This document shows positions 31,099 through 40,707 of a DNA stretch of 64,000 nt, one piece after another (the stretch's first letter is position 1; the number at the start of each line of letters is the position of its first letter). The notes beneath the pieces are model-generated. The model saw only the letters and a list, made by a program, of their open reading frames with translations, made no database searches and was not told the DNA's origin. The translations under genes were made by a program, and so were the position numbers. The stretch covers positions 968,952 to 1,032,951 of the forward strand of contig CAWKAA010000007.1 of NCBI GenBank assembly GCA_963847515.1, read 5' to 3'. This DNA comes from Terriglobia bacterium (GTDB lineage Bacteria > Acidobacteriota > Terriglobia > Bryobacterales > Bryobacteraceae).

Positions 31099-31171
31099 CT
31101 GGATATAGCTCAGACGGTAGAGCAACAGCCTGATACGCTGTCGGTCGCGGGTTCGAATCCCGCTCTCCAAC
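31099..31171 (+). other. tRNA-like element: perfect D-arm, anticodon arm (anticodon GAT, Ile-like) and T-arm but mismatched acceptor stem, no CCA
   Basis: TAGCTCAGACGGTAGAGC D-arm. Stem ACAGC/GCTGT with loop CTGATAC. T-arm GCGGGTTCGAATCCCGC. Proposed acceptor CTGGATA/TCTCCAA has 2 mismatches. Confidence 0.35.
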
Positions 31172-31439
31172 CTTGGTGCTTTAAAAAGCATCGTCCAATC
31201 ACGCAGTGAACCGGGCTCCACTCCTGCCGGCCTGATCCGGTTCTCTTCGGAGAGCTGGAAATGGAAGGGGCAGCGATCTCGAGGCCTTGCGTCTTCCCTG
31301 AAACTGCTCGACGTGCGCCGGGTGTGATGTCTGTGCCTGTGCCAGGCGAGCTCTAGGGCGGAACCGCCAAGAGGGCGCGGGGTGGAGTCCGGGGATCTGT
31401 ATTCAACCGAAGAAATAAAAAGCAAAGGAGGAAAAACCA

Positions 31440-32561
31440 ATGTCAATCGTTCGGCACATTCTGGTCGGAGACCAGGAGCGCGTATTGCTCATTCGTAAGG
31501 GACGCTTCGAGCGGATTCTCGATCCAGGCGAATACTGGGTCTGGGCGCCTGGCCTCGTGACCGAGATGCACAGCGTGCGCGAAGTCCAGTTCGCCAGCCC
31601 CTGGGGCGATTACCTGGCTAAGGAGCGGCGTGAGATCGCCCAGCGTTACTTTACCATCGTCGAAACCAGCGATTCTCAGGTAGCCGTCGTGTACGTCGAT
31701 GGAAAGCTCGCGCTGACTGTTGCTCCCGGCAAGCGCCTGATGTTCTGGCGCGGGCCGATGGACGTGACGGCGGAGGTGATAGCCGTGAAGGACCGTCCGG
31801 AGGTCGCGCAGCCGCTTCTGCAGGCGCTGATGCGTCTGGGGACGGGTGTGCCGGTGACGTACGCGGCCATCGATGAGGGACATACCGGTTTGCTGTTCAT
31901 TGAGAGCCGGTTCGTTCGTGCGCTCTCGCCGGGGCTGTACGGCTTCTGGAACGCTGCCGGCAGCCCGCGGGTTGAGGTGGTCGACCTGCGTCTGCAAACG
32001 CTCGAAATTCCGGGTCAGGAAATCCTGACGCAGGATAAGGTGTCCATCCGTGTCAACGTCTGGGCCGAGTTCCAGGTGGTGGATGCGGTGAAGGCCAAGG
32101 AGAGCGTGAAGGACTACGCCAAGCATCTGTACCGCACGGTGCAGCGCGCGGTTCGGCAGGCCCTGGGCCGCCGGACGCTGGAGGAAATCCTTGCTGAAAA
32201 GGCCGGCATCGGTGAGCCGGTCGAATCCGAAGCACGCAAGGAGATGGAGGCCTTCGGCGTTCGCGTGGGCTCGATCGCCCTCAAGGACATCATCCTGCCG
32301 GGTGTGATGTCCGAAATCCTCAATCAGGTGGTGACGGCGGAGAAGCAGGCGCAAGCCAACCTGATCCGCCGGCGCGAAGAGACGGCCGCCACGCGGTCGC
32401 TCGCCAACACGGCCAAGCTGATGGAGGATAATCCTCTGCTGGTGCGGCTCAAGGAGCTGGAAACGCTGGAAAAGGTCGCCGAGAAGGTGGAGAAGATCCA
32501 CGTGCACGGCGGCTTCGACACGCTGCTCCAGCGTATGGTTACACTGAGCGATGAGCAGTAA
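31440..32561 (+). CDS. SPFH/Band 7 domain protein (stomatin/flotillin-like) with N-terminal extension
   Basis: AGGAGG SD. SPFH core VSIRVNVWAEFQVVDAV...SIALKDIILPGVMSE and a C-terminal coiled-coil. Confidence 0.8.
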   Translation: MSIVRHILVGDQERVLLIRKGRFERILDPGEYWVWAPGLVTEMHSVREVQFASPWGDYLAKERREIAQRYFTIVETSDSQVAVVYVDGKLALTVAPGKRLMFWRGPMDVTAEVIAVKDRPEVAQPLLQALMRLGTGVPVTYAAIDEGHTGLLFIESRFVRALSPGLYGFWNAAGSPRVEVVDLRLQTLEIPGQEILTQDKVSIRVNVWAEFQVVDAVKAKESVKDYAKHLYRTVQRAVRQALGRRTLEEILAEKAGIGEPVESEARKEMEAFGVRVGSIALKDIILPGVMSEILNQVVTAEKQAQANLIRRREETAATRSLANTAKLMEDNPLLVRLKELETLEKVAEKVEKIHVHGGFDTLLQRMVTLSDEQ

Positions 32562-32678
32562 GAAACAGCGTCGCGGGCTTGTAAATTTCGGCCCGCGGCG
32601 CTGGAATATTTCGGCCCATCAGAGGAATCTAGTAGTGTACGCTGCTTGCTGAGCCGCGACTAAAAGGAGCGGTTGACT

Positions 32679-33440
32679 GTGTCCATGCTAACCCGGCCCA
32701 TTACATTTTTCCTTCTCATGTTCCCCGCCCTTCCAGCTGCCGATTCCACTCCACCCCCGCGCACACCCGTGCTTGTCGAGCTATTTACTTCCGAGGGCTG
32801 TTCAAGTTGTCCGCCTGCTGATACGCTGCTTGCCAAACTCGATGAACTCCAGCCGGTAAGCGGCGTCACGGTGATCGCCCTCGAAGAGCACGTGGATTAC
32901 TGGGACCATCAGGGATGGCGCGATCCGTTTTCGTCGGCCGAGTTTACAGCGAGGCAGCAGCGCTACGCCGGCCTGCTACATATCGAATCGCCGTATACGC
33001 CGGAGATGGTGATTGACGGGCACAGTGAGTTTGTCGGCAACGATTCCGAGCGCGCGCTGCATGAACTAGCCAATGCCGCGCGGAGCCCGAAGACGCCTGT
33101 TCACTTGTCGTTGAAGGAAAAGTCGGCCGACCGGATCTCGCTTGCCGTGAAGGTGGATGCCACCAACGCCTCCGGTGACGTGCTGCTGGCCGTCGCGGAG
33201 ACCGGCCTGGCATCCGACGTCGCGCGCGGCGAGAATGCCGGCCGCAATCTGAAACACTCCGCGGTAGTTCGCAAGCTCGGCACGATCGGAAGGCTGAAAT
33301 CGGGTGAAGCATTTTCCGCCGCACCGCTGGTGAAGCTGGCGAAGCCGTGGAAACCGGAAAATCTGCGGGCAGTGGTGTTCGTCGAGGGCGGCGCCAGCAG
33401 GAAGGTGCTGGGCGTGGCGGAGGTTGCGATTGGACGGTAG
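32679..33440 (+). CDS. DUF1223 family thioredoxin-like secreted protein
   Basis: Signal peptide. VELFTSEGCSSCPPAD is the DUF1223 hallmark. GTG start 9 nt after AAGGAG. Confidence 0.75.
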   Translation: MSMLTRPITFFLLMFPALPAADSTPPPRTPVLVELFTSEGCSSCPPADTLLAKLDELQPVSGVTVIALEEHVDYWDHQGWRDPFSSAEFTARQQRYAGLLHIESPYTPEMVIDGHSEFVGNDSERALHELANAARSPKTPVHLSLKEKSADRISLAVKVDATNASGDVLLAVAETGLASDVARGENAGRNLKHSAVVRKLGTIGRLKSGEAFSAAPLVKLAKPWKPENLRAVVFVEGGASRKVLGVAEVAIGR

Positions 33441-33694
33441 CCTGGAATCAATTGTGATGGCCGAGGCTTGACCTGGCAGGGCCAGTGACAGACCCGCGAC
33501 TGTCAGGTGCGCATAGTTGGACACCTCCGTAGAGGCACGTCCCACGAGGGAGCGCAGAAACTGCGGCGTCAGCCAGGGCCGATGCTTTGTTGCATTCCAT
33601 GTCAGCAACGGGCGTTTCTGGTCAAAGTGCGATAGCTATCCACGCACAATACCGTAAGGTGCCGGGGTGGCACGTTGATTCGTCGGCGCGAACC

Positions 33695-35242
33695 CTATCG
33701 CAGCGGGGGCGTTGAAGCCGGAGGACGCCGGTGCATCGTTGCCTGCTCATAGGCATACGCCAGCTTGATCAACTGCGCTTCCGACCATGCCCGACCGTAG
33801 AATGTTATACCCACTGGGAGCGTGCCCCCGCGCGAATAACCCATCGGCACGTTAATTGCCGGAAAACCCGTTGTAGGCGCGAATACCTGGCTGTTGTCGC
33901 CGGCAGGCGTATTCAAATCCCCAATCAGCCGCGGTGGATTGCTCCACGTGGGATACACAAAGGCATCCAGCTTCAGCCGGTCCATCGTCTTCACCACCGT
34001 TTTCCGGAATTGTTCGCGATAGGCGTCCTCGGCTTGGCACGCTTCCGAATCCGGGCCATTTTCCGGCCCCTTTTCCGAATCCTCAAGTCGCTTCTGCGTC
34101 GAGGGATGGAATTTTCCCGACTTCAGAATCGCCGCGAGATCTGCCACAGGAACCTGCCCACCCCGGTCAGCCAGAAAGTGATTCAGGTCGTACTTGAAGC
34201 CCATGCACGGGCTGGGGCCGGGCTGCCGTTTGACTTCCAATCCCTCCACCTTCACCGGATCGACGACCGTTGCACCCGCTCGCCGCAGGTCCTCCAGCGC
34301 CCGCATGAAGATCTGGACAATCTCGGGGTCGGTTGAGTCCTGCTCGTACGCCTCACGCAGTACGCCGATGACCGCTCCTTTAAGGCCGTTCCGGTCCAGC
34401 GACTTGCTGTATTCCGGGATGGAGTGTCCCTTCGCTGCGGCTGTCGCCGGGTCTCTTGGATCCTCACCTACGATCACCTGAAACACCTTGACTGCATCTT
34501 CCATGGTGCGTGCCATGGGTCCCGCTACGTCGGCGCGTGTGTTTAGGGGAAACATGCCAGCGCGACTGGTGAGCCCCATCGTCGAGCGGATACCGGCGAG
34601 TGACTGATGGGATGACGGTCCACGAATCGAATCGCCGGTATCGCTACCGAACCCGACAAGCCCGAAGCTGGCAGCGATCGCTGCCGCCGTGCCGCCACTC
34701 GACCCTGCCGTCACCCGATCCAGCGCGTAGGGATTCTTCGTGTAACCGGGCAGAATCGAACTGACCGTCTCGACGGGACTGAACGCCCACTCGGCCATGT
34801 TGGATTTCGCCAGCACAATCGCGCCCGCCGCTTTTACCCGCGTCACCTGAGACGCGTCTTCTTTCGGCTGATAGCCGGCAAATGCGAGAGCACCGTTAGA
34901 GGTCTGCAGTCCCTTGGTTTCGAAGTTGTCTTTGACGATCATCGGCACGCAGTGTAGCGACCCCGTCAGGCCCACCTGGGCGAAGCGACGGTCCATCTCG
35001 TCGGCCTCTTTGATCGCGTCCGGATTGATGGTCACGCTGGCGTTAATCGCCGGCCCGTTCTTGTCGTAAGCGTGGATGCGCCCGATGTAAGCCTCGACCA
35101 GTTCGCGACACGTCAGGCGCCGCTCGCGCATGGCGTCGTGGACCTGGGAGATGGTGGCTTCTTCTACCTCGAAAGGAGCGGCCGTTTGAGCCTGTAAAAA
35201 GACACCAAATAGCAAGGCAAACGCCAATAGGCGAAAACTCAT
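33695..35242 (-). CDS. Secreted amidase (amidase signature family)
   Basis: Signal peptide MSFRLLAFALLFGVFLQA. AS signature GGSSGGTAAAIAASFGLVGFGSDTGDSIRGPS. Confidence 0.85.
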   Translation of the reverse strand: MSFRLLAFALLFGVFLQAQTAAPFEVEEATISQVHDAMRERRLTCRELVEAYIGRIHAYDKNGPAINASVTINPDAIKEADEMDRRFAQVGLTGSLHCVPMIVKDNFETKGLQTSNGALAFAGYQPKEDASQVTRVKAAGAIVLAKSNMAEWAFSPVETVSSILPGYTKNPYALDRVTAGSSGGTAAAIAASFGLVGFGSDTGDSIRGPSSHQSLAGIRSTMGLTSRAGMFPLNTRADVAGPMARTMEDAVKVFQVIVGEDPRDPATAAAKGHSIPEYSKSLDRNGLKGAVIGVLREAYEQDSTDPEIVQIFMRALEDLRRAGATVVDPVKVEGLEVKRQPGPSPCMGFKYDLNHFLADRGGQVPVADLAAILKSGKFHPSTQKRLEDSEKGPENGPDSEACQAEDAYREQFRKTVVKTMDRLKLDAFVYPTWSNPPRLIGDLNTPAGDNSQVFAPTTGFPAINVPMGYSRGGTLPVGITFYGRAWSEAQLIKLAYAYEQATMHRRPPASTPPLR

Positions 35243-35557
35243 CCCCACATAATGACAGACAGCGACTCTCCGCAGTTCAGCTCAGTCCGTGGTCGCACGG
35301 CGCCGGCTTCTCAATGCCTTAGATTCTCTATGGCACGAACCCAGACGAGCCTTAGATAGGGATGAGTTGCGCTACTTTGCTTCCGCGCATGGCGTAGCCT
35401 GGCGTTAACATCGCTCGTCCCGCGCTCAGGCCGCGCGTCCGGATAACTCCCGATGGTCGGGAACCCTTCCACTACTTAGTACTGTCCGGATACCTCGTTA
35501 TACGACCGTAATCCGGGAAAACACGAGTTGCGCTGCGAGGGTGTTACTGTTTCTTGT

Positions 35558-36298
35558 ATGAAAACAGCGTTGTACGGGCGGATCGTCTTTGGCGCGTCGG
35601 CTGTGCTGTTCGGCGTCATCGCGCTGACGTGGTACGACTCTGACACCTGGCAAACCCTGCGTCAGATCTGGAGCCTGCCTTTTGGAACCGTCATCGGCGG
35701 GTGTCTCATGATCGTTCAAATTGCCGGTGGGATTGGGGTGCAGTACCCAAGGACCGCGCGTTCGGCGTCGATCGTTCTCGGCATCATCTATTTGTTTTTC
35801 TCCCTGGCCTGCATCCCTGGCATCATTGCCGCACCGACCATCTATGTGCATTACGGGAGCTTCTTCGAACAGTTTTCCTCACTCTGTGGTGCGATTGCCC
35901 TGTACGCTGCAACCGAGGCAAATGCAGCACGGGCCGTAGCGTTCGGCCGAGTAGCGCGCCTTGGACTCGGAGTCTGCGCGATTTCATTTACGCTGAGTCA
36001 GATACTCTATCTTCCTTTGACAGCTGACTTGGTTCCAAAGTGGATTCCGCCAAATCAGGCTTTTTGGGCGATACTCACGACGATCGCATTTGCACTCGCG
36101 GCGATTGCCATTCTCATCAATCGCCAGGCACAGCTTGCGATACGCCTGATGACCCTCATGCTGGCACTCTTTGGTGTGTTGGTTTGGGTTCCGCGCCTGA
36201 TCGCTCACCCAGAAGCCCATCTAAACTGGTCCGAATTCGGCTTGACTTTCCTCATTACAGGGGCGGTCTGGATGGTGGCTGATTTGAGGTCTTTCTGA
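35558..36298 (+). CDS. Hypothetical integral membrane protein (about 7 TM)
   Basis: Continuous hydrophobic helices, no soluble domain. Confidence 0.6.
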   Translation: MKTALYGRIVFGASAVLFGVIALTWYDSDTWQTLRQIWSLPFGTVIGGCLMIVQIAGGIGVQYPRTARSASIVLGIIYLFFSLACIPGIIAAPTIYVHYGSFFEQFSSLCGAIALYAATEANAARAVAFGRVARLGLGVCAISFTLSQILYLPLTADLVPKWIPPNQAFWAILTTIAFALAAIAILINRQAQLAIRLMTLMLALFGVLVWVPRLIAHPEAHLNWSEFGLTFLITGAVWMVADLRSF

Positions 36299-36444
36299 TT
36301 TAAGGCGGTGTTTGCACGCCGCTTAATCGTGCAACCGCCAGCGTTGTTTCCGGTTCACTTTGTATGTGGTCGGGGATACTTCCCCTACTTTTCTGCGTGC
36401 CCTCGACGCTACGCCGAGCCCCGAATTTGAAAAGTAGTTTCCGG

Positions 36445-36913
36445 TTACGCCGTGATCCTGGCGCAACTCGCTTTCTGATCGGTGATCCCGTCCGTAACGG
36501 CCACCAGCGTGTCTCCCGGCTCCAATCGCATCGCCCGCTGCTCGAACACTGTTCTAGTGCTCAAGCCAAGCACAGTCCCAGTGCTATTGAGTGTTATAGT
36601 CCTTTTCTTGTTAGCTCTAAGCAGGACTGCTCGATCGTGGCCCGCATTCACATAGTGCATTTCTCCTGTGTCAACATCGACGCGAGCGCAAAACATCGTC
36701 GCGAAGAAATTATCTGGCGCAAGCTGCCAAACCATACGGTTCAGATTGTCCATTAGCTTGCCAAGCTCGAAATCCATATGCGATTCCAACGCACGTAACG
36801 AACCCTGAACTGCGGCCATGATCGAGGCGCTCCGCAATATCGGAGGTAAACTGTGCAACCATCGACGATCGGATTTCCAGTGAAACCAGAGTAAGTGTGT
36901 TCCTGTTGTTCAT
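36445..36913 (-). pseudogene. Remnant of a PP2C/SpoIIE-type serine phosphatase (C-terminal fragment, frame-split)
   Basis: FATMFCARVDVDTGEMHYVNAGHDRAVLL...LEPGDTLVAVTDGITD matches the SpoIIE/RsbU C-terminal region. No N-terminal half. Upstream piece in another frame. Region GC is low. Confidence 0.5.
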
Positions 36914-37071
36914 ATCTGGAAGACGTTCCTCGGTGGGGTCGCGATGATGACGAATTGCGAAGATTTGTTAAGCTCGTGTATGTGAGGTGAGCCACAGAGA
37001 AATGCGCACAATAAATCCGTGTGCCCCTTTTCCCTTAATCCGTATCAGTTGCGAGATTCGAACCTCGAGGT

Positions 37072-37854
37072 CTATCTGTCAGTCGCCATAAAGCTTGAAA
37101 ATCCAAAGTCGCCTATAACGCCAGCGGCACCTTCCAGGTAATACCCGACCCCTGGATTGCCACTCGCAAATCTGTCATCGCTGAGTTGAATCTTCTGCAC
37201 GCCATTGATGTAGACCGAAAGGATCTTTCCAATCATAGTGGCCTTCACTATATCTCCATCCTTGACCCCGTATTCTGAACCTCGCGTCTCTTTCAGCATG
37301 GTGAACTTTCCCAGCGGCCCCTCCCACCTGGCGATATTGCAATAGGCCTTCGGAATTTTGGAGCACCGAAACATGACTTCGTACCCCGTGCAATTGTGTG
37401 GAGAAATGGAACTCCGCAGGCGCAACTCCACTTCCTCCCAGACCTTGCCGTCCTGGTTCGGGTTCACCGAGCGGACCGTGGCTTGGACCGTTTGATTCGG
37501 TCCCCAAGTACCCTTCAACAGGGCCGTGGAGTCGTCGTATTTCTGTGGATCTGGTCGATTCCCGCCTATTTCGGTCCCAAATGCGAAGCCGGGAGTCGTC
37601 CGGACGTCGGTCCAATCTAGGCCGTCGGCCTGGCCATTCAGCCATTTGCCGCCTTCCGAAATCGGATTCTCGGCGCGGAAAAAAGTAGTGGCGTAAGGCC
37701 CGTGCGTTCCTGTCGGAGCAGGGGCCGGCAACAAGCTCAACGAGCGCGTTGACCGAGGCCAGATCCCTGCGATGAGAAACAGTGCGATCGTGGGCAAGCC
37801 AACGATCAGTTTGTGCTTCGGTCCTTCAACATTCATAAGTAACCACTGAAGCAT
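37072..37854 (-). CDS. Hypothetical secreted protein (signal anchor, beta-rich)
   Basis: N-terminal TM LIVGLPTIALFLIAGIW. No recognisable catalytic motif. GC about 52%. Confidence 0.5.
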   Translation of the reverse strand: MLQWLLMNVEGPKHKLIVGLPTIALFLIAGIWPRSTRSLSLLPAPAPTGTHGPYATTFFRAENPISEGGKWLNGQADGLDWTDVRTTPGFAFGTEIGGNRPDPQKYDDSTALLKGTWGPNQTVQATVRSVNPNQDGKVWEEVELRLRSSISPHNCTGYEVMFRCSKIPKAYCNIARWEGPLGKFTMLKETRGSEYGVKDGDIVKATMIGKILSVYINGVQKIQLSDDRFASGNPGVGYYLEGAAGVIGDFGFSSFMATDR

Positions 37855-37951
37855 ACACCCTCCCTGGTTTGTCGTTATCGTAGAAGTTCCCCCGCAAACA
37901 GTTTGCTGTAGCTGTCGTGAACCACCTTCCCTACAAACCCGGAGCACTTCC

Positions 37952-39448
37952 TCATTTCTTCAAGTCCCAAAAGATAGTGCAGTCGTCCATGTCCACATGC
38001 TGCTGGTAGAGCTTCTTCAAACCGTAGCCCTGGATTTCGTCATCGTCGCAGCTATAGGCGGTCGCGAACATTCCGGATTGCACTTCGCGCTTGACTTCGG
38101 CTTCGGTGATGATGTGCATGAGCGCCTCCTCGGCAGGCGGCAGGTTGACCTTGTGGGTATAGGACAATTCGAATCCCGGCGGCGGCATACGCTTCGTCAA
38201 GAAATAGATTGGTTCTTCGGCGAATAATAGAGCGTTGCGCGGCGTCACCTGGTCGACTTTGTTCGCCAGCCGCTGGTATACGCTCCAGGTATCGTGTGGC
38301 CGCTCATAGAGCGACTTGCCCAAGCCAAGCGCCATCAGCAGGGAAACCAGCAGCACCGGCCACAGCGGGCGCTCCGGCGCGAGCACGCGCGAGGCGATGG
38401 CGTAGAGCCCCGCCACGGAGAGAATCGACAAAAATGGCACGGTCAGAAGAAAATATCGCGCGAAGGTGGGATGGGCGCGGCCAATCGCGGCGGTAAGGGC
38501 GGCCGCTAGCCACGCGCACAAATAAAACTCAGCTTTCAACGATTGCGGCCACGCGCTTCTGCGTGCGACATAGAGCAGACCGAACACGGCAAGCAGCCCG
38601 AGCACCAGGGCCTGGCCGGAGTCGATCCAGGAGGTCAGGACTTCGAGGTCGTGCGCTGTCGTCTCGGGCCAATACAGCTTGCGAAAGAAGAGGTGATATT
38701 GAACCAAGTTGAACCAGCTCTGGCGCGGCCCTAGCCAAAACAGCCAGTACACCGGCGCGAAGGGAACCGCAGTGCCAATAATGAAAGCGATCAGCTTTGG
38801 CCATCGGCTTCCCGCGCGATTGTAGAACAGCATCCAGACGAGGAACACGGGTGCGGCGGCAGCCGACAGCAGCGACGAACCGGCAGCGACGCCGGCGGAG
38901 AAGCCGGCTAAGCCTGCCAGGAGCGGTCCGCTTCGGTCGACCGTACGTACGGAAATCCGGAACGCCACGGCCAGCGTAAACAAACAGATACCGTAAGGCT
39001 GCGCCACAGGCCCGAACTCGAAGACCGTGGCGTTTAAGCCCGTCAACAGACCGGCCGTGATCGCGGCGGCGGGGCGCCAGCTTCGCACAGGAAAATAGTG
39101 GAAAACATAATCGGCGGTCAGCAGCACTGCGCCGATAGTAAACACCGCCGAGAAGACGTGCGGCACGCGCCAACTCTGCCCCAACATGCGCATCCAAAAC
39201 GCATTCCAGTAGGCGTTCAGAGGCGTTTGTGGGAAACAGAAATCGATGTATGGCCTTTTGCCGGCGTCGATCAATTGCGCGGCCAGCAGATGATAGCTCT
39301 CATCCCAGGTGAACGCCCACGTTTCGGAATAAATCAGGAACACCGCGGCATATAGCGACAGCACGCCACAAATCCACAAGTACGGACAGGGGCTATCGGT
39401 CTTGGAGTTCTCAAAAGAAGAAGGAACCACAGTGACGCATTGTGGCAC
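37952..39448 (-). CDS. GT-C fold glycosyltransferase, PMT/ArnT (GT39/GT83-like) family membrane protein
   Basis: About 12 TM. First periplasmic loop TWDESYH (DE motif of ArnT/PMT family). Confidence 0.7.
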   Translation of the reverse strand: MPQCVTVVPSSFENSKTDSPCPYLWICGVLSLYAAVFLIYSETWAFTWDESYHLLAAQLIDAGKRPYIDFCFPQTPLNAYWNAFWMRMLGQSWRVPHVFSAVFTIGAVLLTADYVFHYFPVRSWRPAAAITAGLLTGLNATVFEFGPVAQPYGICLFTLAVAFRISVRTVDRSGPLLAGLAGFSAGVAAGSSLLSAAAAPVFLVWMLFYNRAGSRWPKLIAFIIGTAVPFAPVYWLFWLGPRQSWFNLVQYHLFFRKLYWPETTAHDLEVLTSWIDSGQALVLGLLAVFGLLYVARRSAWPQSLKAEFYLCAWLAAALTAAIGRAHPTFARYFLLTVPFLSILSVAGLYAIASRVLAPERPLWPVLLVSLLMALGLGKSLYERPHDTWSVYQRLANKVDQVTPRNALLFAEEPIYFLTKRMPPPGFELSYTHKVNLPPAEEALMHIITEAEVKREVQSGMFATAYSCDDDEIQGYGLKKLYQQHVDMDDCTIFWDLKK

Positions 39449-39843
39449 AGCGGTTAGTCGCCTTGCGCGCTAAGGAGCTATTCGCTCTCGTCGCTGCTGA
39501 CGCGCAGCCCCGCAAGGAACGCCTCTTGCGGAATCTCCACGCGGCCCACGCCCTTCATGCGCCGCTTGCCTTCAGGATGTTGCGTACTCGCGGATTCGCG
39601 ATTTTGGGACCTCCGGTGGATTCCCGTTAATGGCAGACACCCTTCAAGTCTATAGTTCGCTGTACTTGGAAGTACTAGATTGCCGTGTCGGCGTCCGGCT
39701 TGTGGCTAGGGCTGGTGGTGCCGTTTGCAGAGGGGTCGTTTGGCGTTACCGGTCAACTCTGCCCGGGCTGCCAACTTTCCAGATGGTGCGTAGTCCAGCC
39801 GGAAATAAAGAAGTAAGGACGCTAAACTTTACACAAGGAGGTG

Positions 39844-40407
39844 ATGCTGGCGATGAAGGACAAAAGGATGTTGACGATTGCGATGATTACCGGGGTGCTC
39901 GCCGTCGTGGGCAGCTGGGCCTTTGCCGCGCAGGACAAGTACACCGTGAAAGTGCCGAATGGGCTCGCGTTCTCTGAGTTCAGAGGATACGAGGCCTGGC
40001 AGGTTGTCTCCATCAGTCAAGACGGAAACCTTATTGCTGCGATCCTCGCCAATCCTGTGATGATCAAGGCCTACTTGGCCGGCGTTCCCGGCAACGGCAA
40101 GCCTTTCCCCGACGGCTCCAAGCTGGCGAAGATCTATTGGAACCCGAAAAAGATGGAGACGTTCCCCGTAGCGACGGTGCCAGGTACCCAGCATGACATG
40201 GACTTCATGGTGAAGGACAGCAAGAGGTTCGCGGACAGCGGCGGCTGGGGATACGCCGTGTTCGACTATGACGCTGCATCCGATACGTTCACGCCCGGCA
40301 CCTTGGCTGGGAAGCCGCCGCAGGGGAACGACGCCAAGTGCGGGTTCGCGTGCCACACGACGGTGAAGACAAGAGACTACGTTTTCACGGATTACGGGCA
40401 CAGGTGA
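39844..40407 (+). CDS. Cytochrome P460 / cytochrome c'-beta family periplasmic heme protein
   Basis: AAGGAG SD. Signal peptide. Single CGFACH (CXXCH) close to the C-terminus on a ~180-aa beta-rich protein, as in P460-family proteins. Start could be 39853. Confidence 0.55.
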   Translation: MLAMKDKRMLTIAMITGVLAVVGSWAFAAQDKYTVKVPNGLAFSEFRGYEAWQVVSISQDGNLIAAILANPVMIKAYLAGVPGNGKPFPDGSKLAKIYWNPKKMETFPVATVPGTQHDMDFMVKDSKRFADSGGWGYAVFDYDAASDTFTPGTLAGKPPQGNDAKCGFACHTTVKTRDYVFTDYGHR

Positions 40408-40707
40408 AGCGGTGTGAGCAGCATACACATGAGCAATGAACACGCAACTCGAATCCCGAGCGCTGGGATGGTCGATATCAAACTCGCGTGGGCGAGCAAG
40501 GCGACTGCGTAGCTGCATTAACAATGCAGAGGTAGAGTCTGTATCTCGCGAGTGGTCGCCCACTCGGAAACAATCCGCTTGGACATATTGTCGCTAACCT
40601 CCGAATGGCAGTGCACCTCTCGTTGACTGCGTGTCGGGTTGGCCCACACTGCGATTGGCATAGAGCTGTATCGGTAGGCTTCCTTTTCCGTTGGTGTGGA
40701 CTACGGG

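Noticed and set aside
31443-32507. 354-aa minus-strand ORF
   Set aside because: Antisense to the SPFH gene, which has a strong SD and family motifs.
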